From Mobula hypostoma (Eukaryota), in contig NC_086101.1 of assembly GCF_963921235.1 (NCBI RefSeq), forward strand, positions 21,018,001 to 21,082,000: a stretch of 64,000 bases of DNA, in the 5' to 3' direction. The notes under the pieces are model-generated. The model was not told the origin of the DNA and did not search any database. It saw nothing but the letters and a program-made list of their open reading frames with translations. The translations under genes were made by a program, and so were the position numbers. Shown here piece by piece: positions 1 to 13,187 of this stretch (position 1 is the stretch's first letter; every line of letters begins with the position of its first letter).

Positions 1-299
1 TCTCTCTCTCTTTTTAAAAGCACAGTCCATAATGAATAACTCAGGATAATGTCACAATTGATTGTGTTGTATTTAAACAGATACAGGAACCATATGCTAC
101 ATTTAAACAGGAAACAATGGCCGTTCCGACATTAACAAATAATAGAACTTTAAAGGAGATGCAAGCACAGACATACTTGAGAAAAATCTACCCAAGTCCT
201 TGGAGGAAGCAGACATGCTCAGAGGGCTGACCCAAAGGCCTGACTTCATGTTGGTGGTGTGCTGATGCAGTGGGTGGTACTGCTGCCTCATAGATCCAG

Positions 300-452
300 C
301 TACCCAGTCCTGCCAAAGGGTCTCGGCCCTAAGCATCAACTGTACTTTTTTCCATTGATGCTGCCTGGCCTGCTGAGTGAGTGTTGTGAGTGTTATTTGG
401 ATTTTGTGAGTGTTGTTTGGATTTCCAGCATCTACAGATCTTTTCTTGTTTT
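300..452 (+). mobile_element. Penelope-like element 3' terminal fragment
   Basis: aagggtctcggccc...gatgctgcctggcctgctgagt...tttccagcatctacaga matches the termini of the Penelope copies at ~18720-18860 and ~32205-32310. Confidence 0.6.
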
Positions 453-503
453 CATCCACCCAATTTTGGTCTTGTCCCCTGGTCATTAACTGCTGTAAGT
501 TAC

Positions 504-550
504 CTCCAGTGTGTAGCTGGCTGGTGAAAGAATCCAGAGTGTTTATGAAC
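504..550 (-). other. Candidate 47-nt internal exon
   Basis: Good acceptor ttgttttccctcatag and donor GAG|GTAACT. Open in phase 0 (VHKHSGFFHQPATHW) or phase 2 (FINTLDSFTSQLHTG). No recognisable homology. Confidence 0.25.
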
Positions 551-3038
551 CTATGAGGGAAAACAAATCAAAGGGAAAATAGAGGAGGATTGTGCATAAT
601 GAGTTTTCTCTTCGTGCTGGCATAGACTCAATGGGCTGTATGACTATTTTCTGTGTCATTTCAAAATATGAAAAATGAATTAGGATACAGAAGCTAAGGA
701 ATAATGCTGAATTTTTACAAAGCACAAGTTATGTCCCAGCCAGAGTGTGGCGGATGCAGCCCTTGAGCACAGATTTCAGAGTCCATGACATCTTCTGGGA
801 CCTGGGATGAACCACTTCCATTACCTGGTTCGTTGTTGGAGTGGAGAAGCTTGAGGAAATGTGAATGAGGTACCGAAAATGTTTTGGTTGGGGTCTCATC
901 ACATTTAAAATGGTGTATTGTCAGTTAGCAAGTGTAACATTCCCTCTTCTCAACCTTTGGCCATAAAGAAACAAGACATGTAGCCTGACACATTATTTCA
1001 CATTAAATAGATCGAAACCGGTACTGAAATTTAGGAAGTTCAAACCATGGTCATGTTATCACCAATCCAGACAGTGGCTTATTATATTACTTGTGTAGAG
1101 AATAGAACACTTTGTTTCTAGACTTTCAATGGGTTGGATATTAGTTTCTTCACCTCCATGACAGAAGATACAAAATAGACTTGCAATTGACTAAAGAGTA
1201 AATTGTTGCCAGATGCAGATAAACTGAAATATATTGGTGGTTTTATGGATGTGGAGAAGACAGCGCGTGGGTCATGCCTAGTAGCTAATATTTCAGTGAC
1301 GTCTGAATCAAACCACACCTTGCTGAGCAATAGAAAATCCACACCATGTTGGCAGCACCAGGCAACTAAATAATACAAGCTGTGTACTTATACAGGCTGT
1401 AACACATTGGCAAATAATACTATAGTTGCTGTGTCATAGGTTTCCATGAAAAGGGGAGAGCAACTTAGGGGCTTCAGATATCGGGGCACAGTAGTAAATA
1501 CAATTACACCTCTTCATATTACAGATCCAGTTGCAGAGCATTCCACATGTGCATCAAAATGCCAATCTTGTGGGATATATTTTATTAATTGCTGATTTAT
1601 TTGTAGCAATATTACTTTATGTGTTGCTTCCGAGTTGTATGTACCATGTTGTGCAACTTGCAACATTTTTTCTTTTCACAGTATAAATGTATACAGTTGA
1701 ATAACAATAAATTTGAACTTGAACTTGAATGATCTGCAAGTTAATGAATAAATGAAGGGTATTTATAGAACTGCTTTACACATTATTAATAGAATGTATT
1801 CATTCTCCCTCTCTGTAAGCTGGGCATAAGATACCAGATAGTAGTAATGTGCAGGAGTGGTATTTCTCCCCATTATCTGGGACACTTCTTTCTCCTGGTC
1901 AGAAATGGGTTGTACTGGGCTCTTGTTATGCACACATCAATGCAGTATGGCCTACATTGTGACTACACTTCAGTAGTAATTACATCAAAAGCATAGGGAT
2001 ACTCTTGTAATCAGTTGGTGCCCCCCACCTTACAGCATGTTCAGTGCAAGGTGCACCAGGGAGCTCTCCTATCGCAGCCTGCCATCTTTGATCCCAACTG
2101 CTTGGAACAGATGGTACATCCAAGTGTCCACTGGACCCTGAACCAATACAAGTACAGTCAGAGCTTCCCTCAAATGCCATATACGAAGCTCTGTTTGTTT
2201 ATGCATTGTTCACTGAGAAGTGTAAAAGAGTAGCTTTACTTGTGATGCTGTTAAATAAGGAACTGATAGAAAAATTATGAGTACACAGTGGAATCTGGTT
2301 AACTGGGCTCTGGAGATTTGGGTCTAAGGACTCAATTTGATTTGGAGTGCTTTTGTTGCTGCTTGCTTCTACTGTTTGCATGATTTGTGTTTTTTTCTCT
2401 TTCTCTGTGAATTGGGAGTTGCTTTTTATTTTTTAATTGAGTTCTTTCAGGTTTCTTGCTTTGTAGCTATCTTAATTTAATAGGCATCTGTTTGTCCTGT
2501 GAGACCATGGATTTGTGCCTTGGAAGGTTTCCATACAACCCGGCATGGTTGTATGCAAGACCTGCATTTGCCCGTGCTGCAAGTCTCCCCTCTCCACGTC
2601 ACCGATGTTGTCCAAGGGAAGGGTACTAGGGCCGGTGCAGCTTGGCACCGGTGTCATTGCAGAACAATATGTGGTTAAGTGCCTTACTCAAGGACACAAC
2701 ACGCTGCATTAGCTGAGGCTTGAACTAGCTGTCTATAAGGAGACAAGTCTCAAGATTGCATAATTTATACATTTTTTGATAATAAATGCACATCAAATCT
2801 TTGAATCTTGGTTAATTGGCCACTTATTTGGGACTACTAATCAAGAAAATAGCAGGGATTGCCTTCACACTATGCTGCTCAGTTGGGGAAGGAGACTGTT
2901 GCCATACAGTTTCTGACTGTTTTAGTCGATTGCACTTGCAAGATATTAGACACTACACCATGCTTAGAATGTACAGTTTTTAAATAAAACCAGTTGTGTA
3001 TGTGTTTGTGTTCAAAAAGCAGTATTTTTGTCACTCAC

Positions 3039-3092
3039 AGTTGCTGAGAAGTAAACCAGTAAGGCAATTAAAAACTGTTTTGCTCTCTGCAT
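3039..3092 (-). CDS. Candidate signal-peptide exon of a further gene extending off the left edge
   Basis: Translates MQRAKQFLIALLVYFSAT followed by a strong donor GTGAGT (phase 0). It lies about 12 nt from the end of the block paralogous to the CD2/SLAM gene's upstream flank. No downstream Ig exon was found in 1-3000. Confidence 0.4.
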
Positions 3093-3394
3093 TTTCAAGC
3101 AATCAGGGGTGGAGATGCCAAAAACGGATGGTAGTACAATTAAAATGATTTAACTACCTTAACAAGTTAGGAACTATGATGAATTTGAAGATATTAACAA
3201 CTAACTTGAATGTTACAATGAAAATGAAGATTTGTAGGATCTTTATCAGTCCATTATCTGCATTAGGTGTCTGCACTGATTATGTTAATTTACATTTAAT
3301 CAAAAGAACACAGCAGCATACATTGGATTAATTCCTCCTTTAAAAACTATTAAGAACTAATAAACAGTTTTATAGGAGTGTTGATAGTATTCTA

Positions 3395-3568
3395 ATTTTC
3401 TCTAGTTTTTCTTTATTTAAATACACAATTTGTTACGCAGTTAACTGGTAGTTTAGCCTTTTTATGTTTTTAACTATCTACATGATACTTCAGCTATTTG
3501 GGGCAGCTGCTTAAATAGGCCAAAATGCGCTGGTCCTGATGTGTCATATTTAACTAAAATCCACTGTA
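3395..3568 (-). mobile_element. Tigger/pogo-like DNA transposon end fragment
   Basis: Ends in ...aaaatccactgta (CAGTGG-type end plus TA). A related remnant lies in the paralogous block near 37600-37675. The family call is from recall. Confidence 0.4.
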
Positions 3569-3809
3569 CTATAAAAGATCCTGATGTTAGGACATCTGTG
3601 TGACTGAATATGTAAAGCTGTGAACAGATATGAATGTGACCAACACAGAGAGTGGCTGTGTACCATTTCAGTAAGTTCAGCTTCCCATGGCACAGCCATC
3701 CCGCCCCTTCATCTCTGCTATTGATCGATGCCCACAGGTTGTATTGTTAACCCAAATTCTGACAAAATTGCCCATACTTGCACTGCGGATCCTTGACAGA
3801 GGAAAAAAG

Positions 3810-6292
3810 TCAAGTCAAGTCAAATTTGTTTATAAAGTACATTTAAAAACAACCCATGTTGACCAAAGTGCTATACAAACCATAACAAGTAGCTAAAATC
3901 ACAAATACAAGAAACACAGATATAAACAAGAAGGCAGACAGCTTATAGGCACAAAATAAACAACACATGAGCCTAGGCACAAGCCAAAAATCAGCCACAT
4001 CAGGCAGATTCAAACGCTGGTGAATAAAGGTAAGTTTTGAGCTTGGACTTAAAAGCGTCAAGGGAGGGGGCAGATCTGATAGGAAGGGGAATGCTGTTCC
4101 ACAGTCTAGGGGCTACAACAGCAAAGGCGCGGTCACCCCTGAACTTAAATTTAGATCATGGGACTGCCAGGAGCCCCAAGTCAGCCGACCTGAGGGATCT
4201 GGAAGTAGAATAAGGGGTTAGAAGGTCTGCAATATAGGAGGGGGCCAGCCCATTTAGGGCCTTATAAACAAACAGGAGAACCTTAAAACCAATTCTAAAC
4301 CATACTGGTAGCCAGTGGAGAGAGGCCAAGATAGAATTTATATGGTCCCTCTTCAGGGCACCTGTCAGGAGCTTGGCTGTGGCATTCTGGACAAGTTGCA
4401 GGTGGGACAGCGACGACTGACTAATCCCAGTATATAGGGAGTTGGAGTAGTCCAAGGGAGAGGATATAAGGGTGTGGATGACTTTCTCGAGATCTTTGAA
4501 AGAGAGAAATGACTTGATTTTGGCAATAGTACGAAGCTGGAAAAAACTGGCTTTTACTACTGCATTAACTCGCTCGTCAAAGTTAAATGCGGAATCAAAT
4601 ATCACACCAAGGTTTTTGACATGGGGTTTGACAAGGGTGGACAGGTTACCAAGACTGTTGGTAATCACTTTGATGGAGTCGGTGGGGCCAAATAGGACAA
4701 CTTCAGATTTCCTTCATTCAATTGTGGGAAGTTTTGAGCCATCCAACACTTTATGTCCTCAAGGCAGTTCATGAGGCTGACTAGATTTGACTCGTCGTTT
4801 GGTTTCAAGGGGAGATAAAGCTGTGTGTCGTCAGCTTAACAATGGAAGGAAATGTGTTTTTGAATGATTTGGCCGAGGGGAAGCATGTATATAGAGAAAA
4901 GAATGAGACCTAAGATGAAACCTTGTGGGACCCTGCAGGAGAAACTAGCTGGAGAAGAGGAAAATTTGCCTAAGTTGACAGAGAAGCTTCTATTTTTGAG
5001 GTCGAATGTGAACCACTGCAAGGCAGTGCCATAAACACCAACCCTGTAATGGAAACGGTCTATTAAAATGGCATGATCCACAGTATCGAATGCTACGCTG
5101 AGGTCAAGAAGAATTAGTATGGCAGAGTCACCTGAGTCAGTAGAGAGGAGGAGATCATTGTACACTTTTAGCAGAGCAGACTCTGTGCTATGATGAGCCT
5201 TAAAACCTGACTGAAATCTTTCCAAGATGTTGTTTTGATGTAGGCAGAGCAGCAATTGACTAAGAATAACGTTTTCGAGAACATTTGACAGGAATGGAAG
5301 TTTAGAAATAGGTCTGTAGTTACTAGGTAAGGTAGGGTCTAAGATGTGTTTTTAGGAGGGACTGGTCCACGGCACGCTTGAAGCAGGTTGGAACGGTACC
5401 AGTGGCCAGGGAGCTGTTGATAATAGAGAGGATGCTGGGACCGGCTGTGTAAAAGACATCCTTCAAGAGGGCTGTGGGGATAATGGGGGAAGGTTGCAGG
5501 TTTCATGGTGGATACAATCTTTGTAAGGGAGGGTAGCGTGATGGGTTGGAAACAGTCCAGTTTAGATGAACAGACCGGTGAGGCAGTTAGGTCATGGGTC
5601 GGTGGGGGAGGGGGGATATTCATTCTAATGTCTTCAACTTTTCTAGTGAAGAATTTAAAAAATTCTTTGCACTTAGCAGGGGATGCATCTGATCTAATAC
5701 TGGGGGTGGGACAAATAACAGAATTTATGGTACTGAACAAGACTTTGGGATTATGAGGGTTGTTGGGAATTAGGTCAGAAAAGTATTTTGCTCTCGCAGC
5801 CTTAACTGAATCCTGATTTTTGTGAAGATTTTATCTCAAAACTTGAAAGGAAATTTGAAGCTTATCATGCTTCCACTTTCGTTCGGATATTCTGCACTTC
5901 CTCCTCAGGGCTCTGGTGGTGTCATTAAACCAAGGCAGACCTTTAGGCTGAGGGTTTTTGAATTTAAGGGGAGCAACAGTGTTCAGAATAGAAGAGCAGG
6001 TGGAATTAAATAAGGAAATAAGTTCCTCAGTGCTGAGATGGGGAGAAGAAGCCTTATTAGGAGCAGTTATGAGAGCCTCAGAGAATTTATCGGCAGTCGA
6101 AGAGTTAATGTAATGAAAGCAATGTACAGGGAGATGAAATTTAGTAGGGGAAAAGGCAGAGAAGCATCAAACATAACAGCACTATGATCCGACAGACACG
6201 CATCAATTATTTCCACATTGCAGATCGGAAAACCGGACGATAAGACTAAGTCAAGTATATGGCCTAGCATGTGAGTGGATCTGGTGATAAGC
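3810..6292 (-). mobile_element. L2-clade LINE, 5'-truncated, frameshifted ORF2
   Basis: RT motifs QSGFKAHHSTESALLKV, LDLSVAFDTVDH and VPQGFILG; the Tyr of YADD is a stop at 4836-4838. Endonuclease end THMLGHILDLV. (TTGAC)n tail at ~3810-3825. 7-bp TSD AAAAAAG at 3803-3809 and 6293-6299. Absent from the paralogous block. Confidence 0.9.
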
Positions 6293-6469
6293 AAAAAAGG
6301 AGATGGGAAGGGGAAATGTCAAAGAATCACAGATGATGACTCTGGATGCCACATGTAGGTGAAGCCATATAGCAGGAACACACCCTTCAATCTGTTAGAT
6401 ATGTCCCAAACTTTTTCACTAATCCAACACTGATCCCATTTTAGTTCTACCACTCAATCATACCGGAGG

Positions 6470-6633
6470 AGAGGGAGAGTAGTGATTCACAGTAGCCAAT
6501 TAACCCACACTTTGGACTCTGGGAGGAGACCTACATGCTCACGGGATGGACTCCACACAGACAACGCTGTCAATCAGGATTGAAGCAGGGTCATCGAAGC
6601 TGTGAGGGTGCAGCACTACCAGTTGTACCACTG
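6470..6633 (-). mobile_element. tRNA-derived SINE, degenerate
   Basis: Reverse-complement similarity to the SINE copies at ~11040-11200, ~42390-42545 and ~54560-54770. Confidence 0.55.
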
Positions 6634-7999
6634 AGTGAGGTGCTCCTCCAACAGACCTATTTGGGACAAACATTCATGCCTGTGCTAATGCTCCAGTGAA
6701 GTGCCTGATACCATTCTTGTGACATCAGCTATTGATGGCTCTGGTTTGGAGTTTGTTAGTCAGGCTTATTGTTATGTGTACAAGTACAGTGAGGTAGAGG
6801 TATAATGAAAAACTTGCATGCAGGAGCTCTTCATGTTCAAATCATTCTCTGTGGCTTCTCAACAAACAGCTCCCAGATTGGACTCCATCCAAAATCAACA
6901 CATAAAATATGAACATATGAGCAAACACAACATTCTGAGAGGTATAAACAGGGTAAATACAAGCATGGTGTTTCCACATGTTGGTGAAAATAGAGCGAGA
7001 GGTCATAGGTTAAGGGTGAAAGTTGAAATATTTCAGGGGAATAAAAGGGGAACCTGTTCACTCAGAGGAAAAGAGCTGTCATGGAAGTAGTGGTTGCACA
7101 TTTGATTTTGGCTTTTAAGAGAAACTTGAATAAATACATGGATGAGAGTAGTATGGAAGGCTATGGTTGGTGCAGGTCAGTTAATAATTTGACATTATTA
7201 ATGGGCCAAATGACCTGTTCCTCTGCTGTAGTCCTCTATGCCTCTAAAACCATCCCTCTGTATTTTAATCATTATCTATACTGAGCTCCTGTAATATATC
7301 ATCACTGCTTATTACCATCTCATTTACACAACAATAATAGCAACAGGATATGCATACTGATCTTCCAGTTTCATCCCTCCCACAATAGGAAGCTCAATTT
7401 GACATTGTATTAGGGAGTGTGGGCTATGGCTGTTTCTGGGAGTCAGAGTGAGATTGTTCTGGGTCTCCCATTATAACATGCAGTAAAACAGGATGTTGTC
7501 TGCTCCTTTGAGAAATCTTGCCCACTTGTTCGGGTGGTTGGAAGAGAACCCTCCTTGGACAACATGGTGGACCCTGGGAATGGAACTGAGACCTTAGCCA
7601 ATACCCCCACTAAATTCTAGACAGGTTTGAGAAGAGATGCAGATATATTAGACATGGGCAATTCCCAAACACCTACAGCAGCAAGGTAACCATTAATACA
7701 GCGAAATACGCCATTGGTAACCTGGTTCTGAGAGGATGCCATAAATTTGGGTGCACAGGCTCAAATCCTGATGCAGATAAATAAGCTGAAGCCCCACAGA
7801 GTATTTGTAAGTGAATGGTATCAATGTCAAAATTATTGCCATGAAAATGAGGTCTTTACAGCAGCAGTCCAGTACACTACAAACGTGGCATATAGAAGTA
7901 ATTGTTCTTAAACATATATTAACATAAATTATACATAAATTACAGAACGCAATAAACAAAGATAAAATTATGACATTAGTGCAAGTTGAGAGTGCATTA

Positions 8000-9270
8000 G
8001 GGATTAAAAGGCCTGTCAAGAATAGGGGCATGTACTGGAGGGTGGCAAATGTGTTCAAGAAAGGAGTAAGGAAAGAAGAGTGGTAGGAGCATGGAATATG
8101 CTGTCAGGGGTAGTGGCAGAGATAGATACATTAGATTATCCTGTGACAATCTTGGAAATTATCAACGAATGAGTCTTATGTCAGTGATGGACAAACTATT
8201 GGAGAGGATTCTTAGAGAGAGGACTTATTAGAATTTGGAGAGGGATAGATTGATTAGAATTAGTGAGCCTGACTTCATTCAGGGCAGGCAGTGTCTCACA
8301 AGGCTGAGGGAATTATTCAAGGAAGTGACAAAATACTGTGAGGAATGTAGAGCAGTGGATATGGTGTACATGGATTTCAGTGAAGAATTTGATAATGCTC
8401 ATTCATAAAGTCAGAAGACGTAGGATCCAGGGAACCTTGTTTGTGTGGAGTCAGTATTGGCTTGCCCACAGAAGGCAGAGGGCAGTATTAGATAGAGCAG
8501 AGCCTACCTGGATGTCTACGAGCAGTAATGTTCCACAGTGATCTGTTCTGGGAATCATACCTATTGTGATTTTTATAAATGATTTGGATGAGGGAGTGGC
8601 AAGGTGCTTAGTATGTTTGCAGATGACCCAAACTTTAGTGCTGTTGTGGATAGTGTGAAAAGTTGTTGTAGATACAAATTGGACATTGGTATGATGCAGA
8701 GAAGTGGCAGATAGAGTTCTAAATGGGACAAAGATAGGATGTACATAATGGCATAATTTTTTGTTGCCCTTTATCTGTCGAGAAATTGAGTTAAAGAGCC
8801 ATGAAGTAACCCTATAAAACTCAGATTAGTCCACATTTGGAGTATTGTATTCATCTCTGGTCTCCTAATTATAGAAAGGAAATATGCGGAGGAGATTTAC
8901 CAGGCTACTGGCTGGAATAGAGAGCATGTCTCATGAGAAAGGGTTGAGTGAACTAGGGCTTTTCTCTTTGGAATGAAGCTGCCTTGATAAGAGAAATATA
9001 CAATGATAACAGGCGTTGATAGAGCAGATGGGCAGAGCCCCTTTTTCAGAAAGAAAATTGCTCATGTGAGAGGGCATAATTTTAAGAAGTTGGGAAGAAA
9101 GTATGGGGGGTTGTCAGAGGCAGGTCTTTTGCAGAGAGTGGTGGGTGCATGGACTGTGCTCCCGGGGGTAGGGGTAGAGACAGATAGAATAGAGATATTT
9201 AAAAGATTGTTAGATAGATACATAAATAAAAGAAATAGAGGGCTATGCGGGAAGAAAACATTAAACTGAA
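8000..9270 (+). mobile_element. CR1 LINE ORF2/3' fragments, degenerate
   Basis: Residual RT text (VYMDF..FD, QGSVLG-like, FADD-like) and CR1 C-terminus (QRVVGAW..LP). The paralog is at ~38310-39780, so this predates the duplication. Confidence 0.75.
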
Positions 9271-9674
9271 TTGTCTTTTTTACTTCGTATACATGAGGAC
9301 TAAAAATCTTTACGTTGCGTCTCCGTCTAAATGCACGATGTGCAAATTATAGTAATTTATAATAAATAGTATGTACAACAGGACAGTCAATATAACATCG
9401 ATATACAATTGTATCAGCATTGATCTTGGAGTAGATTAAAAATTCGGCTCGGCATACTGGGCCAAGTTTCTGACGTGATAGCAGAAGGGGAAAGAGCTGC
9501 TATTGAACTGATAACACGATGACATTTTATGTAACATTAATTTCAATGTTCGCCGTTACATGCTTTAAGAAAATGACTTGCCTTGAAATTAAGTAGATTC
9601 TAGTCACGCATTTCCGGACAATTATTTCCATAATTTCCAGAACATATATACATCTGGTATTTTATGCTACTACG

Positions 9675-10154
9675 CAGACATCCCACCCTGCAAAAACTCA
9701 TTTCAGGGAGGTAGCACCATAAATTTGCGGGAGACTTCCGGGAGAGGGGGAATGTCTGCAATAGAGTAGCTCCTTAGCAGCTAACCAGCTAGTTTAAGTA
9801 ACGTTAGCTACGCTAATGAACGAATGACACCTGTTAAACTCACCTCAACATGTCTTTTACAGTCTTAACCCACCATGGGCAATAGAAAAGTCACTGTTGC
9901 AAACAGTGCAGCGAACAACACTGTCATTATTTTTGACCCCTATTAGGCAGGGATACACTTTAGTGCAGTCTGGGGTGACGTACGTTTTATATTTTTTTGG
10001 AACACTCTTCCATGGCGCTCTCTCTTGCTTTCTCTCGCTCGGTCGCTTTCAAAAAAATTGATTTCCGTGATATTGTATATAATTTGCGGGCATCAGGGAG
10101 CCACTATTCATATGCGGGAGACTCCCGGAACTTCCGGGAGAGGTAGGATGTCTG
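9675..10154. mobile_element. MITE (non-autonomous DNA transposon)
   Basis: TIRs cagacatcccacc / ggtaggatgtctg (12/13). Flanked by tactacg / tactaca. Empty site in the paralog near 39970. Confidence 0.8.
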
Positions 10155-11039
10155 TACTACATGGCAACATAATCTCGGGTTTATTTTCTACACATTTCGA
10201 TCATTAATCGGTTTCACATTTTATTCCAAGCGTGCTCGCAACGGCGTGAGAGGCAGGTACTTTGCCTAAGACAGGTACTGAGGTTCTGTACGGAAAGTCG
10301 CCCCAGTCCTCGATCTGCAATGGGAAACTTGGCTGACACAGTGAAGAAACTCACTCCAAAAGATGATTGGGTGGCTGAAAGGAACTGGGCAAGGAACGGC
10401 TGCGACAAGTTTATCAAGATCTGAAATTCAATGCACGGACAAAGCCAAAGCAACAGAATCACTCGTTGCAGTCCCCTACTTCGGTCTCAGTGTTTAACCC
10501 CTCCACCTTCCCCCACCAGTTTAAGATGTAAAGCCGAGAACCCACCTCCCGAATCGCTCAGCAGCAGGTAAATAATCGTGAGGCCGGAGACGATCCCAGA
10601 ACCTATCTTTGCCATTTGCTCTGTGAAGAAGAAGATTGTCATTAAATGTTGCAATGCTGCGCGAGCTTTGGTTATATCTTTCGGGCGGGCGAGCACAGGA
10701 AGGGGCGGGGAGGTTGAAAACAGTTTGAAAGGGAGATGCGAGAGTGAAGAGGAAACGTTCAGTCCATCGCGGACGATGTCAGCTCTTAGCTGAGAGAACT
10801 CATCGGTCCTCGCCACTCCACCTGTACCCCTACAACCTATTTTTCCTCTACTTTCCATCGACTTCCTTTCATCCATATAATTCAGGCAGACAGCACCCGA
10901 ACGGAGGAACAGAATCCACGCTGATCTTTATCTGCCCATTTTCACCAATGCGACATGAGCCCATTTTTAATTCCCTTCGTATACCCATCAACTGCCTCAC
11001 ACCCTACCACTCATCAACACGCTCTGTTTAGCTTCTCAC

Positions 11040-11200
11040 GACTAATTAACCTATTGTCTCTAGGAGATGGTAGGAAATCGGGGCATCCGGGGAAACCTAC
11101 GCGATCACCGGCACAACGTCCAGACTCCATGCAGACAGCACCGGAGGTCGGATCCAACCCGGGCTCCTGGAGCTGTGAGACAGTAGTTCCGCCACCCTCA
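11040..11200 (-). mobile_element. tRNA-derived SINE
   Basis: ggaaatcggggcatccggggaaacctac...cagacagcaccggaggtcggat. Also present at ~42390-42545. Confidence 0.65.
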
Positions 11201-11531
11201 GAAGCTGCGGACAGGTTACGACTGACTACAGCACCTTTAGTTAAGGGACGGAACACAGCTACTGTATATTCAGCAAATAGGGACAAAGTGAGGAACAAAC
11301 TAGGTATTAAACAGCAGCAGAGTGGGTGGATGGGGGTTCGTTTGCAATATCTAAGAGAAGACTGGATGAGTACATGGATGGGAGGGGTACTGAGATCTAT
11401 GGTCCATTTGTGGATCGATGGGACTAGGCAGAATAACAGTTCATCGAAGACTAGATGGGCCAAACGGCCTGTTTCCGTGCTGTCGTTCTCTATGATTGTG
11501 ACAAAACGCTGACTCTATGAGAAACCCCTTA

Positions 11532-12477
11532 TGTCATGGTCCGGTCTGTAAAGTCTGCATTCCGGTTCACGGGCCTGTCCATCGACCTTGCTCCAGGTTT
11601 TCCTGTCTACCCTGTTTCTGTTCCTGTTTGAGCACTAACTGAAGCAGCTGTTTCTCGTTGGGGCTGGCTGCATAAATATCTCCAGAGACTCCTTATATTC
11701 CTTCCCCTGCCTTCTGTTTCCTTGCCTGAAGCCTTGCCTTGTCTTGCCAGTAACTCTCGCCTCACCTTGCATTACCTGAAGCCTTGCCTTGTCTTGCCAG
11801 TAACTCTCGCCTCGCCTGAAGTTCTTGTCTTGCCTTGCATTGCCTGAAGCCTTGTCTTGTCTAGCCGGTAACTCTCACCTCATCTTGCCTGAAGTCTTGT
11901 CTTGGAGCCACCCTGTACTTCGCTCCATTCCTGTCCCTTGCCTCCATCGGGTACACCAGGCCAGATTGCCGTTACCCTGCGGTGGGTCCTGTCCCTTCCT
12001 GTCCCTTGCCTCCATCGGGTAAGCCAGGCCAGATTGCCGTTACCCTGCGATTGGTTCTGTCCCTTCCTGTCCCTTGCCTCCATCAGGTGGAGATCCGCGC
12101 CCTGCCCAGGATTACCTCGCCCTGCCCAGGAGGAGCATCAAGCCCCCAAGTCTCTGGTCTCCAGCCTCGCCTCAAGTCTCTGGTCTCCAGCCTCGCCTCA
12201 AGTCTGAAGACTCCAGCCTCGTCCTGCTTGCCGGCCAAGTCACGTCCTTGCCTAGTTCTGGGGTCCGGGCCAGAGGAAAGACCCAGGTTCTAGGTCCTTG
12301 TCCAGTCTCTGGCTCAGAATCCCAGCCTGGGGTCCTAGCTCTCTTGTCCAGTCCTGTTCCGGGTTCCTGGTTTTCAGGTCCATGTCCTAGCCCTCACCCT
12401 GTATCCTAGTCCTGTCCCTAGTACTTCATTGTCTGTGTCTTGCACTTGGGTCCGTTCCCAGCCACCCCCTTATGACA
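11532..12477. mobile_element. Solo LTR-like element with internal tandem repeats
   Basis: TGTCAT...ATGACA termini, 5-bp TSD cctta/ccata, and an empty site in the paralog at ~42885. Internal arrays with units of roughly 47, 65 and 27 nt. Confidence 0.75.
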
Positions 12478-13187
12478 CCATAACAACTCCAGCAACAGCT
12501 ATGGAGGGAAATGCACAGTCAGCGTTTCGTGTCTAGAACCTTCATCTGTCCATTTCCCTCCATATCTGCTGGTTGACACATTGAATTCCTCAAGCGTTTT
12601 GTGTGTTTTTACAGATTCCAGCATCTGCAGTCTCTTATTTCAAAATACTGAGTCCAGCCACCAACGAATATATTCAGAAAAGGTAAGGGTCTGATATAAG
12701 ACCAGCAATTACAGAGGATCTGACAGTAACAGAGTAATAACATGGGGAGTGGAAGCATGGAACGCATGCTGCAAGCCGAGCCACGGAACTGGCTCCTAAA
12801 CTTCCTTCTTTTTTCTTGACCGCCGCCTCAGTAAGTCATCACGCATAGATCCCGTACATACCGGTCTCGTCATTCATCCTTAGAGGAACATGCTGCTCCA
12901 GGTCTCTTGATATCATACTTCCTTTTCTTTTCAAATAGGTTCAGCGGGTCATTCTCCAGTTTAACAACCTAACCTTTGGGCTGTCCTTCCTTTTCCCATC
13001 ACTATCTTAAATGTAATATAATTATGGCACGAGAACTAAAATGCTCTGATTGCCACTTCAACAATTTGCGATGCTTCTTTCCTTTAGAGAAGGTCCACAC
13101 TATTGCATCAGCCCAACTAGGAGCCTCTAAATAGTGACCCTAGAAATAAAAAAGGCAACGTCCTCTTTTCACCCATACATCTGCTTT

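Noticed and set aside
11825-12409. Several overlapping 65-111 aa ORFs
   Set aside because: They result from stop-poor tandem repeats inside the solo LTR.
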